Source of the DNA: Sphingobacteriales bacterium
GTDB lineage: Bacteria; Bacteroidota; Bacteroidia; Sphingobacteriales; Sphingobacteriaceae
NCBI GenBank assembly: GCA_044349915.1
Contig: JBILIO010000001.1
Location: 1-31,677 of the forward strand
Direction: 5' to 3'
DNA: 31,677 bases
Below, in pieces: positions 8,120 to 17,889 of this stretch. Both the position numbers and the translations under genes were made by a program. Every line of letters begins with the position of its first letter. The stretch's first letter is position 1. The notes under the pieces were generated by a model. That model ran no database searches. It saw nothing but the letters and a program-made list of their open reading frames with translations, and was not told where the DNA came from.

Positions 8120-11100
8120 TTAAATTGCTGTTTTCTTCCTCGTTATTTTTCCCCATAACTCTTTAAAGTTATCGAATTCTATACGATAGAAAACGCCTAA
8201 GCCTTGCTCGTTTTGGCTATTTCCGCGTTTTAAGATATCGCTGTTATTATCGTTTCGTTGAAATGCTTTTGCTTTTAAACGACCATCTTTACTAATTTTA
8301 TATTCAATACTTACATCACCTGTTATGGCACTTGCATTGGTATTTGTGGTAGATGTTGTAGTTGTTTGATTCGCAATACTACCATCGATGGTAATCCTTT
8401 CATTAAATAACTTTAAAGACCCACCTACTCCTCTGTCTAAATTTAAATTAAAGTTTTTAGTAGAAATTAAATTAGAAAGTTGCGCGTTGATAAAACCAGA
8501 GGTTTCTATACTAGTGTTGTTTGTAGCCGAATTCACAAATCTCCCAAACACCAATAAACTGGCAACTTGATTGTTTAAATTATCTGAATTAGCAAGGTAG
8601 CCACCTACTTTACTGCTTACATCTTGATCGTTTGGAAAGCGTAATCCAAAAGTAATATCTGGCGCAAGCAAATCATTTTTCATATAAAGTACACACTGCG
8701 ATAACACTTTTGTTGAAGTCGAATAAGCGCTGGTGTCGTTGGTTGCAGATACAATTAACGGATATATAGAAGGTCTAGTTTCGAATACAGCAGAGAGGTC
8801 TATTTTGGCTTTAAATGGATCACCGTTCCATCTTATGGTTCCGCCTTTTTCAATTTTAAATTTTTTATTGATGATATTTTGAATGTTGAAATTATAAACC
8901 CCTTCCGAAATTTCAAAATTGCCAAACATTTCAAAATTACCAATGGTATTGATGGCTAATTTTAAGTTTGCAAAGCCACGGCCTTTAATCGCTTCGCCTG
9001 TATTGGGGTCCATAATTAATTGCACTTCTGCCGCATCATTTACTTGTAAATTCATATTCAAAGCAATGCCAGAAAGATCAATTTTATAATCCGATTTTTT
9101 TTGCAAAGAATCTTTAGTAATAAAATGGATATAATTATTTGCGGAGATCGAATTTTCGTCGGTAATTGGAATAAATAATTTGGTGCCTGCATTGGTTGCC
9201 GCCGTAATATCAATTTTAAAACGATCTAATGGTCCTCTGAATAAGTAAGTGCCGCTGGTATAGGCTTTACCATAATACAATTCATTGTCTTTAACCGTCG
9301 TATTTAAGCTCATTAAATTTTGCGATTGCACTTTAACATCAAATACAAAATTGCTAAAGTTTTGATGGCTGATGCTACCATTGGCAGTGCCTTTGTTGCC
9401 TTCTTTATCTTTTAGCTGTACATTATTAATAATGATTTTATCTTCTGTGAATTTAATTTGTTCGTTTAAAGTATAACTGGTATTGAGGTAATTTACCCTA
9501 AGACCTACATTCTTTAAATTTAAATAACCATCTAGCTTAGGACTTTTAATGCTTCCGGTTATTTCCAAATCGGCAATAGCAGTTCCTTTAATATTAGAAA
9601 CATAATCTTTTACAAATGGTTCAATAACAGAAAGCTCGGTCTCGTCTAATAAAATATTCAAATTTAAATTATCTACTTTTCGACCAATATTGATGCTTCC
9701 ACCAATCTCTAAAGTTTTGAGCGTTTTATTAAATATGCTTCCTGCAATCGAAATAACTTTACTTTTTTCATCTAGCGTGCTATTGAATTTCAAGATGCCA
9801 ATGCTGTCTTTATTGTATACTAAGTCGTCTATTCGTAAGTCGGATTGTAAACTCATGTCGCCCGAAACAGCTGCTAGCGTAGTGTTTGCATTTAAAGTAC
9901 CCGCAATGGCGATCGAATATTTTTTTAGAATTTGGTTGAAAGATTTTAGCGAAAGTTGATGCGCTTTAATGCTTAGCTTATCTTTTTCATTATCAGAAAT
10001 AATTCCAGTAACAGAAAGGCTTTGCTCGCCATTACTCAAGTAAAAATCATTGATGATAAAATTGCCTTGCGGGGTATAGCATAATTTAAAGGCCGATGGA
10101 ATTTTCCATTCTGCCCGATCGATAATAATTTCGGATGGTAATACGCTTAAGTTGATACTATCATTGATGAAATTGAGCTTTCCATTTAAGTCTAATTGAT
10201 TGATAGCGTCTTTGTCTGCTAATTTAACGTTGAACTGTATGGTGTCATTTGCTATCGCATTTGCAATCTCCACATTGTTGATGTTGACACTATCGTTGAT
10301 TAAGATTTTATTGCTGGCAATATTGAGGTCAAAAGTTTTACTGTTATTTTCGCCGTCAATAACTATTTTTTCGAATTTAAATGATTTGTATTTAAGAAAG
10401 TCAAGTCCAATATTAATTTTTAGCAAATCCTTTGCTGTATTGAGTTTGCCGTAAATAGATCCACCTTTTGCCAATTGAAATTCGGGGAAAAACAAATCGG
10501 TAATGGGTTTAGAATTCGCTAATATTATTTTGAAACTAAAATCTTGGTTTTCAAATTTTCCAATATTACCTAAACGCATAGAAGGTAAAAAGTTTTTTAA
10601 GAAAGATTTGCTTGCTGAGGTAATATTGGCAAGATGGTAATTACCCTTTAATTCTGCGGTTAATAATTCGGATGCAATACTGATATTTTTTTCTAATCCA
10701 TTGAGTTGCGCACGAATGGCAATCTGATTTACATGGTGTTCGATGGTCCCTTTTTGAATTTGACTATTTTGTAAGTTTAAATTTCCTGATATCTTTTCAA
10801 AATCGGCCCCTATAAAATCGGCTTTTAAATTACTACTAATCACAAACGAATCTGTTGTGAAATGCAATGCCAGTAAGTCTATTCGCTTAATGTTAGCCGC
10901 TAATTGAAAGGCAGGTAGTTCGAGGTTTTTTAAATCCACCTTTCCATCGAGGTCGAAACGCAAGGCAGTTTCGTTGGAATGTATCGAGGCGTTTAATACT
11001 TTTCTATCAATTTCACCATTGGTATTTAAGTTTCGATAAGTATAATTATTCAGGCGAATATCTAAGATGCTCGCATCAAATTTTGTTTTCAATTCGGCTA

Positions 11101-12472
11101 AACTAAAACCCTGCCCTTCTAAATTTGCTTTGATATTACAAATGCCAATATTTTCTTGTGCAATTAAATTGCCTAAGTCGAAATCAATGGTTTGTATCTC
11201 GCCTTTATAGCTTGCTACTTGATTGTCTGGCAATTTCATATTAAAATCTGCATAGATTCCACCAATGGCAGATTGCATTTGACCTTTTAAGTTGAAATCG
11301 TTGATGCGGCCTTGGTAATATCCCGAAAAACTAAAGGTGCCCAAACGGTCTAATTCATTAGGTAATAGGCTACTGACTTCTTTTTGATCAACATTAATTA
11401 ATAATTTTTTTGCATCTGCTAAATTACTGATCAGTTTTTCTGCTTTAAAATACAATTCGGCATGTTCCATATCGGGCATACCTTTGATACTGAATTTACC
11501 TTCGCAATAAGTGGTGTCATTAGTCTTAATCGTTATTTCATCCGAAACTAAATTGTCAACCGTTCCATATACTTTACCATTTGCATAAACAGTTCCTGTA
11601 TAATTAGTCAATTCATCTGTAAAAAAAGCAACATCTTTGTAAGCAATTTTGCTATTCACAAAATTACTATTCATATAAACTTTTTCGAGGTAATTAACCA
11701 TATCCGAAATGGAGTCATAGCGCATTAAATAATAATCACGAATGTGACTGCGTGGCGTTATCAAATCGAGTTTGCTAAATTCCATTTCTGTTGGCGTCAT
11801 TTTAAAATCTGTACTTAATTGACTGATGATAAATCCGCTCTTTTCCTTTAAACTCAAGTGTTTTAGCTTGGTTCTTAATTCGTTATTGAAGTAGGTGAAA
11901 TAATCACTGGTATAATTTAATTGGGTAATATGTAAGTCATCATAATTGATGCTTTTCATTCCCATTGCCGCAATGTGTTGATTTTGATAAATCACCCTGC
12001 CATCCGTAATTTTAAATAAACCAATTTTTAAATAGATACTTGGTTTTACATTTGTAGTATTGCTCGTTGTATCTTCAAAATAGTCTAATATAAATTGCAA
12101 ATTACTGACCGTCTCTTTTTGATAATATTTAATTTTTACAACAGGTTTTTCGAGTTGAATACTATTGATGTAAAATCGATTCCTGTTTAAAGAATAATTA
12201 TTAATATTGATGTTGAATGTTTCTGTAAATAGCAGGGTATCCTGATGAAGATCTTCAATTAATAAGCCTTTGAGCACAATATTCTTCGGAAATTTTACAT
12301 CCACGCCTTGGATGCTTACCTTTGTATGTAATTGATCGGATAAATACGACGCGGCCCTTTTGCTCAACCAAGTTTGAACACTCGGTAAAGTCAATAGCAG
12401 ATAAGTGCTAAGCCCCAATGTAATGAGGCTTGCAATAATCCAGCTCGTTATTTTTAGTATTCGTTTAATAAT
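8120..12472 (-). CDS. tamB: Translocation/assembly module TamB (AsmA-like, DUF490 C-terminus)
   Basis: About 1450 aa of repetitive amphipathic beta sequence, LPSVQT after an N-terminal anchor, and GGTIRWNGDPFKAKIDL / NNQVASLLVFGRF near the C-terminus. The frame is open from TTG 12418 up to ATT 12472, with an in-frame TAA at 12479-12481. Confidence 0.85.
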   Translation of the reverse strand: MIKRILKITSWIIASLITLGLSTYLLLTLPSVQTWLSKRAASYLSDQLHTKVSIQGVDVKFPKNIVLKGLLIEDLHQDTLLFTETFNININNYSLNRNRFYINSIQLEKPVVKIKYYQKETVSNLQFILDYFEDTTSNTTNVKPSIYLKIGLFKITDGRVIYQNQHIAAMGMKSINYDDLHITQLNYTSDYFTYFNNELRTKLKHLSLKEKSGFIISQLSTDFKMTPTEMEFSKLDLITPRSHIRDYYLMRYDSISDMVNYLEKVYMNSNFVNSKIAYKDVAFFTDELTNYTGTVYANGKVYGTVDNLVSDEITIKTNDTTYCEGKFSIKGMPDMEHAELYFKAEKLISNLADAKKLLINVDQKEVSSLLPNELDRLGTFSFSGYYQGRINDFNLKGQMQSAIGGIYADFNMKLPDNQVASYKGEIQTIDFDLGNLIAQENIGICNIKANLEGQGFSLAELKTKFDASILDIRLNNYTYRNLNTNGEIDRKVLNASIHSNETALRFDLDGKVDLKNLELPAFQLAANIKRIDLLALHFTTDSFVISSNLKADFIGADFEKISGNLNLQNSQIQKGTIEHHVNQIAIRAQLNGLEKNISIASELLTAELKGNYHLANITSASKSFLKNFLPSMRLGNIGKFENQDFSFKIILANSKPITDLFFPEFQLAKGGSIYGKLNTAKDLLKINIGLDFLKYKSFKFEKIVIDGENNSKTFDLNIASNKILINDSVNINNVEIANAIANDTIQFNVKLADKDAINQLDLNGKLNFINDSINLSVLPSEIIIDRAEWKIPSAFKLCYTPQGNFIINDFYLSNGEQSLSVTGIISDNEKDKLSIKAHQLSLKSFNQILKKYSIAIAGTLNANTTLAAVSGDMSLQSDLRIDDLVYNKDSIGILKFNSTLDEKSKVISIAGSIFNKTLKTLEIGGSINIGRKVDNLNLNILLDETELSVIEPFVKDYVSNIKGTAIADLEITGSIKSPKLDGYLNLKNVGLRVNYLNTSYTLNEQIKFTEDKIIINNVQLKDKEGNKGTANGSISHQNFSNFVFDVKVQSQNLMSLNTTVKDNELYYGKAYTSGTYLFRGPLDRFKIDITAATNAGTKLFIPITDENSISANNYIHFITKDSLQKKSDYKIDLSGIALNMNLQVNDAAEVQLIMDPNTGEAIKGRGFANLKLAINTIGNFEMFGNFEISEGVYNFNIQNIINKKFKIEKGGTIRWNGDPFKAKIDLSAVFETRPSIYPLIVSATNDTSAYSTSTKVLSQCVLYMKNDLLAPDITFGLRFPNDQDVSSKVGGYLANSDNLNNQVASLLVFGRFVNSATNNTSIETSGFINAQLSNLISTKNFNLNLDRGVGGSLKLFNERITIDGSIANQTTTTSTTNTNASAITGDVSIEYKISKDGRLKAKAFQRNDNNSDILKRGNSQNEQGLGVFYRIEFDNFKELWGKITRKKTAI

Positions 12473-12480
12473 ATTGCTTT

Positions 12481-13512
12481 ATGGTAAATCAACAAAAACC
12501 ACTCATTATCCTTGGAATTGAATCTTCCTGCGACGAAACCTCAGCATCGGTTTGCGTAAACGGAGAAATTTTATCCAATATTACAGCTACACAAGCCATT
12601 CATGAGCAATATGGGGGTGTTATTCCCGAAGTTGCTTCTAGAATTCATCAACAGAATATTATTCCGGTGGTAGATGCGGCCTTAGCAAAGGCTAAAATAC
12701 GCAAAAATGACATTACTGCGGTAGCTTTTACCCAAGGACCCGGTTTAATGGGTGCCTTATTGGTAGGCACTTCTTTTGCTAAGGCATTTGCTTTGGCATT
12801 GGGCGTTCCATTAATTGGAATTAATCACATGCAAGCGCATATACTGGCGCATTTCATCGACGAGCCAAAGCCCAGTTTTCCTTTTATTTGTTTAACCGTT
12901 TCGGGTGGGCATACGCAAATTGTATTGGTGAAAGATTATTTTGAAATGGAAGTGTTAGGTGAAACCACCGACGATGCCGCCGGCGAAGCATTTGATAAAA
13001 CAGCAAAGATTTTAGGACTGCCTTATCCGGGCGGACCTTTAATCGATAAATATGCGCAAACGGGTAACCCCAATCGTTTTACTTTTACCGAACCACAAAT
13101 TCCCCAATATAACTTCAGTTTCAGTGGTTTGAAAACGCAAATTTTATATTTTGTACAGCAAAATCAAAAAACAAATCCAAATTTTGTTGCCGAAAATTTA
13201 GCTGATATTTGCGCGTCTATTCAAAGTAGAATTGTCAGTATTTTAATTAATAAATTAAAGAAAGCCACCATCGATTATGGTATTACGCGCATCTCGGTTG
13301 CAGGTGGTGTTTCTGCCAATTCGGGCTTGCGCAATGCCATCGAAAATTTGGCGAAAGAAAATGGATGGAGTTTTTATTTACCCGCTTTTCAGTATTGTAC
13401 CGATAACGCTGGAATGGTTGCCATTGCAGGCTTTCATAAATACCATGCCGGAAAATTTTTATCACAATCGGCTGTGCCACTTGCGCGCATGCCCATCGCC
13501 ATTGACCAATAA
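12481..13512 (+). CDS. tsaD: tRNA N6-adenosine threonylcarbamoyltransferase TsaD
   Basis: ILGIESSCDETS, GGVIPEVASRIH, GPGLMGAL, HMQAH, VSGGHT, DDAAGEAFDK, GGVSAN and CTDNAGM. Confidence 0.97.
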   Translation: MVNQQKPLIILGIESSCDETSASVCVNGEILSNITATQAIHEQYGGVIPEVASRIHQQNIIPVVDAALAKAKIRKNDITAVAFTQGPGLMGALLVGTSFAKAFALALGVPLIGINHMQAHILAHFIDEPKPSFPFICLTVSGGHTQIVLVKDYFEMEVLGETTDDAAGEAFDKTAKILGLPYPGGPLIDKYAQTGNPNRFTFTEPQIPQYNFSFSGLKTQILYFVQQNQKTNPNFVAENLADICASIQSRIVSILINKLKKATIDYGITRISVAGGVSANSGLRNAIENLAKENGWSFYLPAFQYCTDNAGMVAIAGFHKYHAGKFLSQSAVPLARMPIAIDQ

Positions 13513-13544
13513 AAAAGGCTCAGAAAATTTTCCGAGCCTTTTTT
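13511..13544. terminator. Bidirectional intrinsic terminator between tsaD and the nuclease gene
   Basis: AAAAAAGGCTCAGAAAATTTTCCGAGCCTTTTTT: stem flanked by A6 and T6 tracts between convergent stops. Confidence 0.85.
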
Positions 13545-13564
13545 ATGTTATAATTTCCGCAGCA

Positions 13565-16564
13565 TTATTTTATCATCACTTTACCGCTACTGATTGATTT
13601 TTCAGTTAACAATTCGATGGCATAAATTCCTTTGCTTAAGCTGCTTAAATCTATAGGCAAAAATCCCGATTCAATTTTAATTTGTTTTTGAAAAACCAAT
13701 TGTCCAATATTATTATAAACACGGATGTTTGCATTTTCGCCAATTTTATTTTTACAATCTATTTGAAAACGACCCTCGTTAGGGTTGGGGAAAATGGAAA
13801 GTGCCTGTGCTTTAAAACTGTTTACACCTTCCCATCCACCATATACTTTATTGGAGGTGTCAGATATACAACCTTGTGTATTGGTTACTATAGTATAATA
13901 ATTGTAGGTAAATGCTTGAAACTGTTCAATGTCAATTACCTGTCCTGTTTCGCCTATCAACAACTTTTCTTTGCCAGTGTTAACTTCTTCTTGATACCAT
14001 TGATTTCCGTCTATGTAATCTGATATAATTCCAACACGAGAAGTGGAAAGTAAATAATAGAGTCCAATCTCAGGCGTTGCAATAGTATCAACAAATACCG
14101 TCACCGAATCAAAATTACTACAACCGTTTGCATCAATTCCTATTACTTCGTAGGTAGTGGTTTTGTTTGGTGCAACTATCGCCACAGAAGAATCGCCCGC
14201 ACCATTATCCCAACTATAAATTTTTGCGCCAGTAGCCCTAAGGGTAGTATTTTGTCCATTGCAAATGCGTACATCGGCTCCCGCATTAAGTGTAGGCAAT
14301 ACATGAATACTAAATGCAGTTGCGTTGCTTTCGCCTGTCGTTAAAGGGTCTGAGGCATTCACTCTTACTTTATATCCGTTTCCTGCTGCTAAATTTTTAG
14401 GAATAATACCAGTAATATTTCCTACAATGGTATTGCTAGTGGTTGAACCAATTGTAATGGCATTGGTAAAATCTCCATTCGCATTCGATAACTGAAGGGT
14501 GTAAGTATTATTGGCATTGATGCTGCCATTGACTAAATAATTAACATTGATAATTGAACCTAAACAAAATCCAGTATTGTTAGCTAAAGTAGTTTGTATG
14601 CTATTATTTGCAGTACCACAAGTCATAGTATGTCCGCCTAAATTACTCACATCGTCTTTTGCATAACCATCCCATTCGGTAGCAAGTGTAGGAAAACCAC
14701 TAAGCGGATTACTGCTCACACCTGCAATCACAGTTGCTTTTCTAACTAAGGTTTGATCTAATAAAGATAAAGTGCCGCTGGTCCAAGCGGTGCCTGGGTT
14801 TTCGCCAATTCTACCAATAATATCAATTACCAAATCAGGCGAAATTTTTACCAATGCAATCGCATCGTTTCCATTAAAATTAGTAGCATTATTAGCAGTG
14901 GCTGTACCCGTATAAATCGTTGCTGCAGAGTTTTTGTAAACGGCAGTACCATTTACAGGAATCGTTCCCGAAAGGGTGATATCTTGTGTAGCGGTACTCG
15001 AACCATTGGCATATAATTTTAATTTATAATTACTTAAATCAATGCTTGCAGTAGTGCCATTATATAATTCTAAGTATTTATTATTAGCAGAACCTTCTAC
15101 GTATTCAGAAATAATTAAATCTGTTGCACAAGTGCTGGTACTAGCCGCACTCACTACATAACTTTGGGTAGTACTGCTACTGGTTTGTCCTAAATTATCT
15201 GTTGCATTTATTTTAAAATAAATAGTAGTACCCAATGTTTGTGCAGGAATTGATGTCGAAGAGATATAAATACTAGGACTCGTATTTGTCATCGAAATGC
15301 TTGTATTCATTGCACTTGCGCTCGTTCCCCAAAGTAAATTTACCTGTGTTACACTACCATCGTCTGTTGCCGAACAAGAAACGGTTACCGCATTATTGGT
15401 ATTTACATTGTTTGGATTTTTAGTGATGCTGCTAATAATTGGTGCAGGAGAAGTAGGCGTGCCAATAAAATAATTAGCAGTTGTGCTGGTACTGGTATTG
15501 CTTTGGTTATCGGTTGCCGTAATGTAATAATAAATAGTAGTGCCATTTGCTTGCGGCGCAATTTTAGTATTGGTGATATATACATTTGCAGTATTACTCA
15601 AATGCATATTAATAGTTTGATTAATACTGCTTGCGCTAGTTCCCCATTTAATGCTGGCTGATGAAATACTACCATCGTCTGTAATGCTTGCAGATAAAGC
15701 AACAGAGTCGGTTAATGTTGGAGTGCTTGGTATTTTATTAATATTGGAGATGTTTGGAATAATACTACAATAACTTCCGCCAGGCCAAACCATGCAAGCA
15801 TATTCTGGATGATCAATAAATGGATTTCGATTTCCTTGAATAGCATAAACGTTATTGTTTCTTGCAATTTCTTTAGCACTTACTGGATCCTGTTGATTCC
15901 ATTTTTTCATTAGCTCTAAAGCCCATGGTTTTAAACTGGCACCAATAATCATGTCGTTGGTTTGCCAACCTGAATCTTCGGTATAATAACGCGTGCACAT
16001 GTAAAAATAAGTTCTTGCAAAATCTCCTTTGTATTCTGCGATGGGTTCGAATACCGTTCCGGTATACCCTGTAAAGCTGCAAGGCCCTAATTTACTGCCA
16101 TTGAGCGTGGTGCTTGTTGGTGTTGTTACTTCGCCATAAGGATAATTACTTCTTAGCCCATTTACTTTTCCGTCTGTTGGATATACATGAAATAAATCAG
16201 ATTGCATCGGAGAATTACTATTGAACCAACTTTGTGGCCAAGAGTGTTCTCTGTTAAAACAATCACCTTCGTTGCTATAATTTCCACAAGTTTGCGAAAA
16301 ATTAAATGAATAGGGTGGAGTGCCATTTGGAATATCTGAATACATATCCCAAACTTTTCCATTGGGTTTAACATCGGTTGTTTGGTAATAACCCATTAAC
16401 GAACCATAACTTTTTACAGAATGGTTATCTATGATATCGTGTAATGCTTGTCTTAAGGGAGTGCCGGTTAAACCTGTTGCAGTGGAATAATAACCCGTTG
16501 GAATTTGTGCAAAAAGCACAAAACTTTGTAATACTAAAAGCAGAGATAGTAGCTGTTTCCTCAT
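13565..16564 (-). CDS. T9SS-secreted endonuclease I family nuclease with Ig-like repeats, lamin-tail domain and type A CTD
   Basis: Signal peptide; NREHSWPQSW, DLFHVYPTDGKVNGLRSNYPY, FEP..EYKGDFAR and QGNRNPFIDHP (Endonuclease I/Bsn-like); DLIISEYVEGSANNKYLELYNGT (LTD); IFPNPNEG...VYNNIGQLV...IDLSSLSKGIY...KVMIK (T9SS CTD). Confidence 0.88.
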   Translation of the reverse strand: MRKQLLSLLLVLQSFVLFAQIPTGYYSTATGLTGTPLRQALHDIIDNHSVKSYGSLMGYYQTTDVKPNGKVWDMYSDIPNGTPPYSFNFSQTCGNYSNEGDCFNREHSWPQSWFNSNSPMQSDLFHVYPTDGKVNGLRSNYPYGEVTTPTSTTLNGSKLGPCSFTGYTGTVFEPIAEYKGDFARTYFYMCTRYYTEDSGWQTNDMIIGASLKPWALELMKKWNQQDPVSAKEIARNNNVYAIQGNRNPFIDHPEYACMVWPGGSYCSIIPNISNINKIPSTPTLTDSVALSASITDDGSISSASIKWGTSASSINQTINMHLSNTANVYITNTKIAPQANGTTIYYYITATDNQSNTSTSTTANYFIGTPTSPAPIISSITKNPNNVNTNNAVTVSCSATDDGSVTQVNLLWGTSASAMNTSISMTNTSPSIYISSTSIPAQTLGTTIYFKINATDNLGQTSSSTTQSYVVSAASTSTCATDLIISEYVEGSANNKYLELYNGTTASIDLSNYKLKLYANGSSTATQDITLSGTIPVNGTAVYKNSAATIYTGTATANNATNFNGNDAIALVKISPDLVIDIIGRIGENPGTAWTSGTLSLLDQTLVRKATVIAGVSSNPLSGFPTLATEWDGYAKDDVSNLGGHTMTCGTANNSIQTTLANNTGFCLGSIINVNYLVNGSINANNTYTLQLSNANGDFTNAITIGSTTSNTIVGNITGIIPKNLAAGNGYKVRVNASDPLTTGESNATAFSIHVLPTLNAGADVRICNGQNTTLRATGAKIYSWDNGAGDSSVAIVAPNKTTTYEVIGIDANGCSNFDSVTVFVDTIATPEIGLYYLLSTSRVGIISDYIDGNQWYQEEVNTGKEKLLIGETGQVIDIEQFQAFTYNYYTIVTNTQGCISDTSNKVYGGWEGVNSFKAQALSIFPNPNEGRFQIDCKNKIGENANIRVYNNIGQLVFQKQIKIESGFLPIDLSSLSKGIYAIELLTEKSISSGKVMIK
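15149..15442 (-). repeat. Internal protein repeat copy 2 (aa ~375-472) of the nuclease
   Basis: PIISSITKNP...SATDDGSV...LWGTSASAM...IPAQTLGTTIYFKINATDN aligns with copy 1 almost without gaps. Confidence 0.8.
15461..15757 (-). repeat. Internal protein repeat copy 1 (aa ~270-368) of the nuclease
   Basis: Shares P-I-S-I-K-P, S..TDDGS, WGTSAS, M, I..Q..GTTIY..I.ATDN and S.T..Y with copy 2. Confidence 0.8.
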
Positions 16565-16796
16565 AATTTATTTTGATGCCTATTTTTTAAAATTGAATAC
16601 CTCGATGGCTATTGCATTCAATAGCTTCTAAATATCGGGTTTTTCTAATCATTTTCATAAATATGGCTGTCAAATATGCTAGTATTAACAAGTATAGCGC
16701 TCCTCTGCTTAAATGATAACTTTAAGATAACATTCGTAGCTCTGTTGCTGACGAAAAATACCTTTTCAAATAGATTGAAAAAGTTTAAAGGCAAAC

Positions 16797-16827
16797 AAAA
16801 AAAGCGACACATTGCTGTGCCGCTTTT
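16797..16827 (-). terminator. Intrinsic terminator downstream of recA
   Basis: Minus strand AAAAGCGGCAC-AGCAAT-GTGTCGC followed by T7, 27 nt after the recA stop. Confidence 0.8.
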
Positions 16828-16854
16828 AAAACATAAAACATGGAAAATAAAAAA

Positions 16855-17889
16855 TTATGCGTTAGCATCTTCAGAAGGTGCCTCGGTAGGTAAATCTACT
16901 TTTGATAGAATTGCCTTGATTTTACCTTCTAATTCTTCTGCTAATTCTGGATTGTCTTCAATTAATTGTTTAACAGCATCTCTGCCTTGTCCTAATTTGG
17001 TATCACCATAACTGAACCAAGAACCTGCTTTTTTTACGATTTCAAAATCAACACCGATGTCTACAATCTCTCCTGATTTTGATATGCCTTTTCCATACAT
17101 CACATCAAATTCTGCGATTCTAAAAGGAGGTGCAACTTTGTTCTTTACTACTTTCACTTTCACTCTATTTCCGATCACTTCATCTCCATCTTTAATTTGA
17201 CCAGTTCTTCTAATGTCTAAACGAACCGAAGCGTAAAACTTCAAAGCGTTACCGCCTGTAGTAGTTTCGGGGTTTCCGAACATGACGCCAATTTTTTCTC
17301 TTAATTGATTAATGAATATACAGCAACAACCTGTTTTACTAATGGTACCTGTTAATTTTCTTAAAGCTTGAGACATTAAACGAGCATGTAAGCCCATTTT
17401 CGAATCGCCCATTTCGCCTTCGATTTCGCTTCGGGGAACCAATGCTGCTACCGAGTCGATGACGATGATATCTATTGCGCCAGAGCGAATTAAGTTATCT
17501 GCTATTTCTAATGCTTGTTCACCGTTATCTGGTTGCGAGATCAATAAATTTTCTACATCAACGCCTAATTTTTTAGCATAAAATTTATCGAATGCATGCT
17601 CTGCATCTATGAATGCAGCTACGCCACCTTTTTTCTGAGATTCTGCAATAGCGTGTAAAGCTAAAGTTGTTTTACCAGAAGATTCTGGTCCGTAGATTTC
17701 AATTACTCTACCTTTTGGAAGGCCATTAATACCTAATGCAATGTCTAGTCCTAATGATCCGGTTGAAATTGCTTCCAATGGTTCGATTACAGAATCACCT
17801 AATTTCATGATGGTTCCTTTTCCGTAGGTTTTTTCTAATTTGTCTAGGGTCATTTGTAATGCCTTTAACTTTTCTTTGTTATCTGCCAT
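16855..17889 (-). CDS. recA: Recombinase RecA
   Basis: GPESSGKTT Walker [37 protein letters not shown] and [13 protein letters not shown] 17889 ([11 protein letters not shown]) fits homolog length; ATG 17925 is possible. Confidence 0.98.
   Translation of the reverse strand: MADNKEKLKALQMTLDKLEKTYGKGTIMKLGDSVIEPLEAISTGSLGLDIALGINGLPKGRVIEIYGPESSGKTTLALHAIAESQKKGGVAAFIDAEHAFDKFYAKKLGVDVENLLISQPDNGEQALEIADNLIRSGAIDIIVIDSVAALVPRSEIEGEMGDSKMGLHARLMSQALRKLTGTISKTGCCCIFINQLREKIGVMFGNPETTTGGNALKFYASVRLDIRRTGQIKDGDEVIGNRVKVKVVKNKVAPPFRIAEFDVMYGKGISKSGEIVDIGVDFEIVKKAGSWFSYGDTKLGQGRDAVKQLIEDNPELAEELEGKIKAILSKVDLPTEAPSEDANA

Noticed and set aside
8340-8372. Low-complexity Thr-rich stretch near the TamB C-terminus (QTTTTSTTNT)
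   Set aside because: Imperfect codon-level repeat consistent with a flexible loop, not a phase-variable simple sequence repeat.
13277-14023. ORFs 13277-13597 (+) and 13682-14023 (+)
   Set aside because: The first is an alternate frame over the tsaD end that crosses its terminator; the second is antisense to the nuclease CTD. Neither has recognisable motifs.
13820-14089. Diversity-generating retroelement variable region
   Set aside because: No reverse transcriptase or template repeat in the window, and the codons do not show the NNY pattern expected from mutagenised AAY codons.
16676-17011. 111-aa plus-strand ORF between the nuclease and recA
   Set aside because: Nearly half is antisense to the recA 3' end, it crosses the recA terminator, and it has no motif or promoter support.
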